Of a stretch of DNA of 8,333 bases, positions 1-6,490 are shown one piece after another. The stretch comes from a virus (Duplodnaviria; Heunggongvirae; Uroviricota; Caudoviricetes). The first letter of the stretch is position 1; the number at the start of each line of letters is the position of its first letter. A program made the translations under genes and the position numbers. The DNA is taken from IMG/VR virus record IMGVR_UViG_2698536369_000014; one strand, 5' to 3'. Below the pieces are notes generated by a model. The model did no database searches, was not told the origin of the DNA, and was given only the letters and a program-made list of their open reading frames with translations.

Positions 1-85
1 AGGTAATGGCGTTATCACGGTAATGATTAACAGCCCATGACAGGCAGACGATGATGCAGATAACCAGAGCGGAGATAATCGCGGT
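1..85 (-). pseudogene. rzpD: Rz (i-spanin) fragment beginning at about codon 5, with no start codon, fused out of frame to the endolysin fragment; continues beyond the window start
   Basis: Reverse complement of 1-85 translates to [28 protein letters not shown], which matches my recollection of lambda/DLP12 Rz residues 5-32 ([12 protein letters not shown]...). No in-frame ATG lies upstream; the frame joins the lysozyme frame offset by one base at about 85/86. Confidence 0.6.
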
Positions 86-284
86 TATACGTTTTACCGA
101 GCATGATGTCTTTTCCTGTATGCCCGTGACATACAGTCCATACACCAACAATATCTTTGTATGGTATGTAGCTGACACCCTCCAGACCATCGTTACCACT
201 TGAGCCAGTGATTAACACTGATGCTATAGCAATTGCTCCGCCACCAATAGCAGCAGCAACGGCTTTTCGTAATGATGGAGGCAT
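86..284 (-). pseudogene. rrrD: SAR endolysin (phage 21 R-type lysozyme) 5' fragment, about 66 native codons then unrelated readthrough
   Basis: [27 protein letters not shown]...[33 protein letters not shown] matches the R21 N-terminus (SAR domain and E-D-T catalytic triad region). After GKTY the frame runs into out-of-frame Rz sequence and stops at 27. ATG at 282-284 overlaps the holin stop (TAATG). Confidence 0.75.
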
Positions 285-499
285 TATTCACCTCTCGCAG
301 CCTTGCGCTTATCTTCTTTAATCTTGAAATAAAGGTTTGTCAGGTACGTCAGCAGGCCAAATACCAAGCTACCCAGCACACCTATTGCTGCCCACTGTGA
401 GGGCGTGACTTTATCGAGCAGCTGTAAAAACCAGTAGCCAGCACTGCCTGCGGAGGTGCCGTAGGCAATGCCCGTTGTTAACTTATCCATGGATTTCAT
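284..499 (-). CDS. essD: Class II pinholin, S21/EssD-like, 71 aa, with dual-start motif (Met1, Met4)
   Basis: [26 protein letters not shown]...[13 protein letters not shown] is near-identical in pattern to the phage 21 S pinholin. GGAGGTGA ribosome-binding site lies upstream of the ATG at 497-499. Confidence 0.9.
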   Translation of the reverse strand: MKSMDKLTTGIAYGTSAGSAGYWFLQLLDKVTPSQWAAIGVLGSLVFGLLTYLTNLYFKIKEDKRKAARGE

Positions 500-593
500 A
501 GCCTCACCTCCGCAAATAACGGATGGTGTACACGGTTCGGAACGAAGAGGAAAGGTATAGAAGTTACATTAGCGTAAGGCTTGAACATCTATT

Positions 594-626
594 CAAAAAG
601 AAAAACGCCAGCGATTATTCTGGCGT
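594..626 (-). terminator. Intrinsic terminator on the minus strand, between the AppY-like gene and the holin
   Basis: 7-bp GC-rich stem ACGCCAG (605-611) / CTGGCGT (620-626) with an 8-nt loop, followed on the minus strand by TTTTTCTTTTT (plus-strand A-run 595-604). Confidence 0.55.
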
Positions 627-687
627 AGCTGAAAGCATCATACAATTATCAAATACGAAAATTACAAAATCATTAAAACGCATCACG

Positions 688-1418
688 TTACATCATGTCT
701 TTTTCTAAAAAAAATCTTGATGAATATTGATGGGGAGGAACACCAAAATATCTTCTGAAAACACTTACAAAATATGACGTGTTTTCATAACCGCATATCT
801 CAGCAACTTTTCCAACAGAATATAAATTGTAGCTTAATAACCTTTCCGCCATCACCATTCGCTCTTCAAGAATTAACTTACTAAATGATAAGCCTTCGTG
901 CTTTAATTTTCTTTTTAACAGACTTTCACTCAGATACAGTCTTGAAGATATATCACAAAGTCTCCATGCTGCAGATATATCCGTGTGAATAATAGCCTTA
1001 ACTTTACTTCCTAAACTATTAAGACATCCAAATAAAAAACTTTGCACTATTTTCTCTGAAGATAAGATAGCAAGACATGCAAGTGATATTTGATTTCTAA
1101 CAAAATCCACAGTTCTGCCATCACAATTCAAGCATGCAATCAAGTTCTTTAACAATGAAAAATCTTCACATTCCACCATCAAGTATGCCGGATAAAACCT
1201 TCTTACAGAAAAAGATGAGAGTGTGTTGCTTTTAAAGAAATCATTAACTGTTTTCTCTTCAACATCTACGATCATTACATGATCTATATTTGATGAAAAA
1301 AATCTTTTAAATTGTAATCAATGAGAACAGCACTTCCTTTTTTAAACAAAGTATCTTCTTTACCAATTCGGACATCAAACGAGTTCAACACCAAAATGAT
1401 AGAACATATGTATGGCAT
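688..1418 (-). pseudogene. AraC/XylS-family regulator of the AppY/YdeO/GadX type, split by a frameshift: N-terminal 43-codon ORF (1287-1418) and C-terminal 195-codon ORF (688-1275)
   Basis: C-terminal ORF carries an AraC-type HTH. Upstream ORF MPYICSIILVLNSFDVRIGKEDTLFKKGSAVLIDYNLKDFFHQI* has AGGTGG ribosome-binding site and resembles the AppY N-terminus (MDYVCS..SFD....FKK). The two frames are joined by adding one base at the A7 run 1296-1302, giving ...KDFFSSNIDHVMIVDVEEK... Confidence 0.6.
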
Positions 1419-1769
1419 ATTATCCACCTGATATCATTGGGGTTACACCAGGTAAGTATAGGTGGAAAATCAATATTCGCCAGTTCAACAATAAGGAAAA
1501 TCTCATTGCATCACAAGTATAAAATTATGTATTTAACTCACAAAGACAAATTATTAAACCAATCTGTTATATTATATATAGCTGCGTGGAATCATAATAT
1601 TATATATTTTGACTGGCATGTTTACCAACTTTAAGTTGCATCTCAATGGTTTCTTCAGCGTAAACAGAGTTTTTATACAAACTGACACTCTGGGTATCAT
1701 AGTGTAGTTTTTACGATTGTAAATATCCTGCATGCAGGAACTCATCCTTTTGGATGATATCGCATACAA

Positions 1770-2729
1770 TTAATTTACCATCAGTCTTAGAGCCAGTTCG
1801 TCCGGATAGGGATCGAAGTAATTCTGTGTAAGCAAGTAATCATTAGGATACTCACCCAGATAATGCTTCAGCAGAGTCAACGGCGCAAGAAGAGGTAATG
1901 TGCCAGAACGATAGTTAAGTATAACCTCGCTCAACTCTTTACGCTGGCGTGTACTTAAGTAGTTACTAAAATACCCCTGTATATGCATCAGCACATTCGT
2001 GTGATTTTTACGTGACGCAGGTTTTCTGAGAATCGCCATCAGCTTATCACGATACACCTCAAAGTATGATTCAAGGTCCGCCCACTCGTGTATTGCAGCC
2101 ACAAATGGTCCCATATCTTTATAGCCTGCCTGACTATGCGCCAACAACTGAAGCTTATAACGACTATGAAAAGCTAATAACTCTCTTCTTGATAATTTCT
2201 CCTTGTAAAGGTGATTGAGCTCATGCAAAGCAAAAACTCTTTCAACAAAATTCTCACGAAGCACTGGATCATGTAATCGCCCATCCTCTTCAACCGGTAG
2301 CCAGGAAAACTTTTCCATCAAAGTGCTCGTAAATAGTCCCACTCCATCTTTACGACCTCGATTACCATTTTCATCATAGACACGCACGCGCTCCATGCCA
2401 CAGCTGGGAGATTTAGCACAAACCACAAACCCCGATACATCCTTTAATTTGTCCATATAAGAACGACTAAACTCTGTCATTCTCTCTGTCACATCCTCAT
2501 TCTGGTCGTGGCTGAAACACATCCGTATATTTCCTTGCGTCGAGCGCACAAGACGTAGAGCAGGACGCGGAACTGGCAGCCCTATAGCCATTTCCGGACA
2601 TACTGGTCTGAATGTTACCCATTCCACTAATTTGTCCATTAAAAAGTCAGCTCTTTTGTGACCACCATCAAAACGAACAGCAGAACCGGCCAAACAACCG
2701 CTGATTCCAATCACAGTTTTTTTTATCAT
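1770..2729 (-). CDS. TudS(DUF523)-DUF1722 fusion protein, 319 aa; putative [4Fe-4S] desulfidase of the RudS/YbgA family
   Basis: N-terminal half has Cys12 (GISGC), Cys44 (RPVCPE) and Cys104 (VVCAKSPSCG), matching the three-Cys cluster ligands of TudS. C-terminal half has YbgA/DUF1722-like motifs (LLAPLTL, YFDPYP). Strong ribosome-binding site AAGGGGGAG before the ATG at 2727-2729. Gene is AT-rich. Confidence 0.8.
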   Translation of the reverse strand: MIKKTVIGISGCLAGSAVRFDGGHKRADFLMDKLVEWVTFRPVCPEMAIGLPVPRPALRLVRSTQGNIRMCFSHDQNEDVTERMTEFSRSYMDKLKDVSGFVVCAKSPSCGMERVRVYDENGNRGRKDGVGLFTSTLMEKFSWLPVEEDGRLHDPVLRENFVERVFALHELNHLYKEKLSRRELLAFHSRYKLQLLAHSQAGYKDMGPFVAAIHEWADLESYFEVYRDKLMAILRKPASRKNHTNVLMHIQGYFSNYLSTRQRKELSEVILNYRSGTLPLLAPLTLLKHYLGEYPNDYLLTQNYFDPYPDELALRLMVN

Positions 2730-2839
2730 ATTCTCCCCCTTGACTAATTCATTAACACATAAACTGTGTAGTGCACGGAATAAATTGCCTTTCTGGCGTC
2801 ATCACTGACAATTTTTCTGTTATGGACTATTCCTAATAT

Positions 2840-2889
2840 AGTATGAAAGTTCTTTAAGTGATCGGTCGTAATCATCTATCTTTCATACT
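2840..2889. promoter_or_regulatory. 10-bp perfect inverted repeat (AGTATGAAAG ... CTTTCATACT, 30-bp spacer) in the divergent promoter region between the desulfidase-like and Blc-like genes
   Basis: Arms at 2840-2849 and 2880-2889 are exact reverse complements, 33-82 bp upstream of the Blc-like ATG. Confidence 0.25.
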
Positions 2890-2921
2890 TACTTTCAACT
2901 ATCAAAAGTACAGGATTTATT

Positions 2922-3446
2922 ATGAAGTTATGGCCTGTGTTGACTGGCATTGCACTCTCTTTCACTCTTATAGCATGTAAGGCCCCGACACCACCTAAAG
3001 GTGTGCAGCCGATTACAAATTTTGACGCCAACCGCTACCTCGGAAAATGGTATGAAATAGCTCGCCTCGAGAACCGGTTCGAACGTGGTCTGGAACAGGT
3101 CAGCGCTACTTATGGAAAACGGAACGACGGAGGGATTCGTGTACTTAACCGTGGATACGATCCAACGAAAAATAAATGGAGCGAGAGCGAAGGTAAAGCA
3201 TACTTTACTGGAGATACTAAAACTGCAGCGTTGAAGGTTTCGTTTTTTGGCCCCTTCTATGGTGGCTATAATGTAATCAAACTGGATGATGAGTATAAGT
3301 ATGCTCTTGTCAGTGGTCCGAACAGAGAATACCTATGGATTCTGGCAAGGACCCCAACTATTCCAGATAAAGTAAAAGCAGACTATGTGCGAACCGCTCA
3401 AAAGTTGGGATTCAATGTCAATGAATTATTATGGGTTAAACAATAA
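2922..3446 (+). CDS. Outer-membrane lipocalin lipoprotein, Blc-like, 174 aa
   Basis: Signal peptide with lipobox LIAC (Cys19). Motifs NFDANRYLGKWYEIARLENRFERGLE and KVSFFGPFYGGYNVI...YLWILARTPT align with E. coli Blc at roughly 55-60% identity by eye, so this looks like a diverged paralog, not chromosomal blc. Confidence 0.85.
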   Translation: MKLWPVLTGIALSFTLIACKAPTPPKGVQPITNFDANRYLGKWYEIARLENRFERGLEQVSATYGKRNDGGIRVLNRGYDPTKNKWSESEGKAYFTGDTKTAALKVSFFGPFYGGYNVIKLDDEYKYALVSGPNREYLWILARTPTIPDKVKADYVRTAQKLGFNVNELLWVKQ

Positions 3447-3472
3447 AATCCCTACCCGAAATAATACTTATT

Positions 3473-3502
3473 AGAAAAAAACCAGCCTTTGGGGAGGCTG
3501 GC
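3473..3502 (-). terminator. Intrinsic terminator on the minus strand about 100 nt downstream of Q (tR'-like)
   Basis: Stem CCAGCCT (3483-3489) / AGGCTGG (3496-3502), loop TTGGGG, followed on the minus strand by T7 (plus-strand A-run 3475-3481). No U-run on the plus strand, so it is unlikely to serve the Blc-like gene efficiently. Confidence 0.6.
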
Positions 3503-3601
3503 TAAATCAGGAAACAAGCTGTTATATGATAATAACTACGTTGCGATTCCAACATTTAAAATGTTAGACTAATGAGAATCAGACAGCAACTTTTCCTTTA
3601 A
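3503..3601 (-). promoter_or_regulatory. Putative late promoter pR' and Q-utilisation region
   Basis: Position only: between the Q stop and the tR'-like terminator, as in lambdoid phages. Candidate minus-strand hexamers TTGCTG-17 bp-TAACAT and TTGGAA-15 bp-TATCAT; not confidently assigned. Confidence 0.3.
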
Positions 3602-3979
3602 TTATTTCGAACAATCAGCATCCATCTCCAATCGGAGATCCAACACCATCAGCATACCCTCCACTACGCCCTCAGCTTTCTGGAGCATCCTGCCAACCCA
3701 ACAATCAGATCGCCCATGCTTACGTGCAAGCGCCATAAAAGTCATGCCGCCGACATAATAGTCCACCAATAAATCATGCAAATCGCTGTTGTTCTTTTTC
3801 AGACGGGCCATGCACCCGCAAATGATCATCGCGTCATCGTCACAACATTGTGGGCGAGATTTTACTTTTGAAGGAATTAATCCCTTAAAACCGGCGGCAA
3901 TGGACGACCAGGTCACATCTTCATGATTATTAGCCGCCCACGCTCCCCAACGCTCAAGACCCATCTGAATATCACGCAT
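3602..3979 (-). CDS. quuD: Late-gene antitermination protein Q (phage 82 / DLP12 QuuD type)
   Basis: [62 protein letters not shown]... is near-identical to K-12 QuuD as recalled. Start taken as the ATG at 3977-3979 (GGAG ribosome-binding site upstream), not the TTG-extended ORF ending at 3994. Confidence 0.9.
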   Translation of the reverse strand: MRDIQMGLERWGAWAANNHEDVTWSSIAAGFKGLIPSKVKSRPQCCDDDAMIICGCMARLKKNNSDLHDLLVDYYVGGMTFMALARKHGRSDCWVGRMLQKAEGVVEGMLMVLDLRLEMDADCSK

Positions 3980-4064
3980 CAACTTACTCCACAAAACTCA
4001 GACCAGAACGCCAATTACAAGCAAAAATCAACAAAACAGTATTAGTTGATTGTTATCTCTGACT

Positions 4065-4205
4065 TCATACTCCTGCTCCTGTCAGTGTTTTGGCGTAATT
4101 CTTCAGTATTCGGTAATCGGTCAAAACATAACCGGGGAAACGATATAAGCGCAGACGACCCCAGCGGTGGCGAAGAAGTTCTGCCATATAAAACTCAAAC
4201 ATCAT
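4065..4205 (-). CDS. ylcG: Small DLP12 protein YlcG, 46 aa
   Basis: Not in the ORF track. Minus-strand translation [46 protein letters not shown]; its ATG overlaps the rusA stop (ATGA), matching K-12 gene order rusA-ylcG-quuD. Confidence 0.6.
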   Translation of the reverse strand: MMFEFYMAELLRHRWGRLRLYRFPGYVLTDYRILKNYAKTLTGAGV

Positions 4206-4564
4206 TCATTCCCCATTTCGGTGATGGTCAGTTCCAGCCTCCCACCTTTGGTAACGGGCATCTTCACAACGCGGTAATCAACGACCTGAGCATCATCCAG
4301 CCATAAACCTGCTTTGGTGAGTGCGTCAAAAGCGGCTTTTTGCAGATTATCCAGGTCACGGCGACGGCGATCCGGCATGTGGCACTCAATACGGATTTTC
4401 ACTGGCATAGCTAGGCCGATATCCAGCATTGCGTTTTTAATGATTCGGGTGACGTTATCGCGGTATGCCTGCCCCTCTGCGCTGACGTGCGTGCGCCCGC
4501 GATTATGGCGGTAATAGCGATTATTGCTCGGAGGCCAGGGTAATGTGATACTGTAGGTATTCAC
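4202..4564 (-). CDS. rusA: Holliday junction resolvase RusA, 120 aa
   Basis: [37 protein letters not shown]...[34 protein letters not shown]... is essentially K-12 RusA with the acidic catalytic motifs intact. GTG start overlaps the ybcO stop (GTGA). Confidence 0.93.
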   Translation of the reverse strand: MNTYSITLPWPPSNNRYYRHNRGRTHVSAEGQAYRDNVTRIIKNAMLDIGLAMPVKIRIECHMPDRRRRDLDNLQKAAFDALTKAGLWLDDAQVVDYRVVKMPVTKGGRLELTITEMGNE

Positions 4565-4851
4565 GCCTTAATAACCCCCTCTTTCAGCCAGATAACCTGT
4601 GTTCTCGCCATACCTTCCAGCGCGCATTCTTTTGCATATGCAGCATCGACAAAATGTGTGCGGCGGTCGATTTCGTCGTGGCAGGCAGAACATGCAATGG
4701 TGGCAATCAGGTCTGGCGGTTTGATACCGGTACCGCACAATCCAGCCAGCCGGATATGTGCCAGTACAGACGTTTCAGAATTGCCATTACATACGCCAGG
4801 GATTCTTACCTGGCATTCCCGACCACGCGCTGCTTTTCTCAAATCAGCCAT
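4561..4851 (-). CDS. ybcO: YbcO (DUF1364) putative phage nuclease, 96 aa
   Basis: [23 protein letters not shown]...[11 protein letters not shown]... matches K-12 YbcO. Start taken at the internal ATG 4849-4851 with GGAGGA ribosome-binding site; the track ORF extends 13 codons further upstream. Confidence 0.85.
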   Translation of the reverse strand: MADLRKAARGRECQVRIPGVCNGNSETSVLAHIRLAGLCGTGIKPPDLIATIACSACHDEIDRRTHFVDAAYAKECALEGMARTQVIWLKEGVIKA

Positions 4852-5014
4852 GATTCCTCCTTGCTGCCAGTCGCAACCATTTTTTATCAACTAGGCTAGC
4901 GGTATATCCGAGCAGTGTTGGTATTTCGGATGGCTTCAGCTCAGGCTTACGCTTACGACGATTTGATACTCTGTAGATGTGTCCGTTCATGACACGAATA
5001 AGCGGTGTAGCCAT
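4844..5014 (-). CDS. ninE: NinE-like small protein, 56 aa
   Basis: Not in the ORF track. Minus-strand [56 protein letters not shown], with GGAGG ribosome-binding site. Start overlaps the ybcN stop (TAATG) and the 3' end overlaps the ybcO start by 8 nt. Confidence 0.6.
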   Translation of the reverse strand: MATPLIRVMNGHIYRVSNRRKRKPELKPSEIPTLLGYTASLVDKKWLRLAARRNHG

Positions 5015-5469
5015 TACGCCTCCTGCTTGTCACGGAGCTGCTGGAACTCGCAGCTCTGCGGAATAGTCAGATGGCAACCAATATTCATCGCCCAGGCTTC
5101 AACCTTACACAGGAAGACATACATCTCTCCGGTATCAAGATCGGAGGTATGGCGTAACGACTGGATAGTGGTGATATCACCGGTTACGACATCAACCAGG
5201 TCTTTGGTTTCATAACCGAGATATGTGTGTTTGAGAGCATCTTTTACCCAAGCTGGAGTGGCGAACGTTTTACCCCTGCTGATGAGGTATTCACTGATTT
5301 CGCTGTACCACATGTGGCTGAGTGCATTCTGGGAAAGACTGCGTTTCTCACGCCACGGTTTAAGCACCATGCGAAAGCATTTGCCCTCCTCCAGATAAGG
5401 CTGGATCTGCCGACCGATAGCGGTGAAGTTGCCGCGATGTAATTTGATGCCGTCTTGTGAGAGGTTCAC
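5014..5469 (-). CDS. ybcN: YbcN, DLP12 nin-region protein, 151 aa
   Basis: [62 protein letters not shown]... matches K-12 YbcN. GTG start at 5467-5469 preceded by GGAGGTG. Confidence 0.85.
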
Positions 5470-5567
5470 GCTTCACCTCCGCAGAGGTCAAACGCTAGAT
5501 GCAAAGAATTGCAGGTGCATTTCTGCATCTGTGAAGGGAGAAGAGAGTTTGGATTGTATGTGCGCAT
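5466..5567 (-). CDS. ylcH: Small ORF, 33 aa, at the position of K-12 ylcH
   Basis: Not in the ORF track. [33 protein letters not shown]; stop overlaps the ybcN GTG (GTGA) and a GGGGA ribosome-binding site candidate lies upstream. Assigned by size and synteny only; I do not recall the YlcH sequence. Confidence 0.4.
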
Positions 5568-5590
5568 AAACGTCCCCGTTTAGCGCAGAA

Positions 5591-5619
5591 GTCACCGGAG
5601 TTGTTCAGGCTCCGGTGAC
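5591..5619 (-). other. Perfect 10-bp-stem hairpin (GTCACCGGAG / CTCCGGTGAC, 9-nt loop) between ybcM and ylcH
   Basis: Exact inverted repeat read directly from the sequence. It lies 65 nt downstream of the ybcM stop and about 24 nt upstream of the ylcH start. The downstream minus-strand sequence is only partly U-rich (TTCTGCGCT). Confidence 0.3.
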
Positions 5620-5683
5620 ATAATTATGCCGTGTTGATTTCCCAAAATCAAAATCGATAGAATTGCTCCTTCTTAAAACACTT

Positions 5684-6481
5684 TTACTCTCTGGAAGCTT
5701 TTCTTATCTCTCTTGGTGTTATATTAAAACGATTATGAAATCTTTCAGTAAAACGAGAAGGACACTTATAACCATTTTCTCTGGCAATCTCGCTTATAGG
5801 TTTTACCGTCGTTTGTATAGCAGACAACGCATTATTTAACCTCACATCGTCCAGTATACTTTGGAAACTTACCCCCTCGCTTGCTAGACGGCGATGTAAT
5901 GTAGAAACAGAAATGTAGAGATATCGAGCAACCTTGTTTGCTGTCCATTTTGTGCCGGGTTCGGATAGCAGCAGGTTATAACAACGACTTATCAATGATT
6001 GTTTACTATATGATAAAAGTAAATGATTAACATGATTCACTCCTAACGAAAGTAGAACGCCCATTGCTAAGTGCTCCTGAATTTTAGTTGAGAAGCCTCG
6101 GGAAACAGATGTTTTTAGTTGCTCCCAACAATATATTAACTCAGGATTCTGAGGTAAAAAGAAACTTGTTTTGTTACGTATTTGATCAGTTACCGTATAA
6201 AGTTTTTGGAAACTCTCAATTAAATCAATGGGTAAGTAAAGCATTTCTGCAAGATAAAGCCCTGCTTCAGGATAATTCTCAATATAAAATTCATAACCAC
6301 AAGGAAATAATATTATTTGATTATTATCAACAGTTAAAGTATGCGTCTCCCAATTGATAACTTTCTTTCCCTGACGGATACGACACAAAGCTGGCATAAG
6401 AGGCTTAACCCTATGAATCTCATGATGTTTATGCATCCGTATTTCTTCGATCTTTAAGTTAGTCTTACCTCTTGCCAGCAT
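5684..6481 (-). CDS. ybcM: AraC-family transcriptional regulator YbcM, 265 aa
   Basis: C-terminal AraC HTH ([38 protein letters not shown]...) and synteny ybcL-ybcM-ylcH as in K-12 DLP12. ATG at 6479-6481 lies 9 nt after the ybcL stop, suggesting an operon. Confidence 0.8.
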
Positions 6482-6490
6482 ACTCTCACC

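Noticed and set aside
523-708. Plus-strand 61-aa ORF between the holin and the AppY-like gene
   Set aside because: It spans the minus-strand terminator and intergenic region, has no ribosome-binding site and no family resemblance.
1437-1769. ORFs at 1437-1634 (plus) and 1572-1769 (minus), 65 aa each
   Set aside because: Low-complexity AT-rich sequence with no ribosome-binding site or domain signal; overlaps the AppY-like N-terminal region or promoter DNA.
3473-3502. The hairpin after the Blc-like gene as a plus-strand terminator for that gene
   Set aside because: The T-run follows the hairpin only on the minus strand; on the plus strand it is preceded by an A-run and followed by CTAAATCAG, so efficient plus-strand termination is doubtful.
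284-3601. Expectation of nmpC porin or stx toxin genes between Q and the holin
   Set aside because: None of the translations in this interval resemble a porin or Shiga toxin subunits; the cargo is the lipocalin, desulfidase-like and AraC-like trio.
3980-3994. TTG-initiated five-codon extension of Q (MWSKL) and 13-codon extension of ybcO (4852-4890)
   Set aside because: Internal ATG starts with proper ribosome-binding sites reproduce the known QuuD and YbcO N-termini; the extensions are artefacts of longest-ORF calling.
4046-4306. Plus-strand 86-aa ORF overlapping ylcG and rusA
   Set aside because: Antisense to well-supported genes, no recognisable domain and no ribosome-binding site; most likely a chance ORF.
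4314-5442. Plus-strand ORFs at 4314-4514, 4654-4899, 4658-4894, 4979-5215 and 5227-5442
   Set aside because: All lie antisense within rusA, ybcO, ninE and ybcN, whose minus-strand translations match known proteins; their compositions look like reading-frame artefacts.
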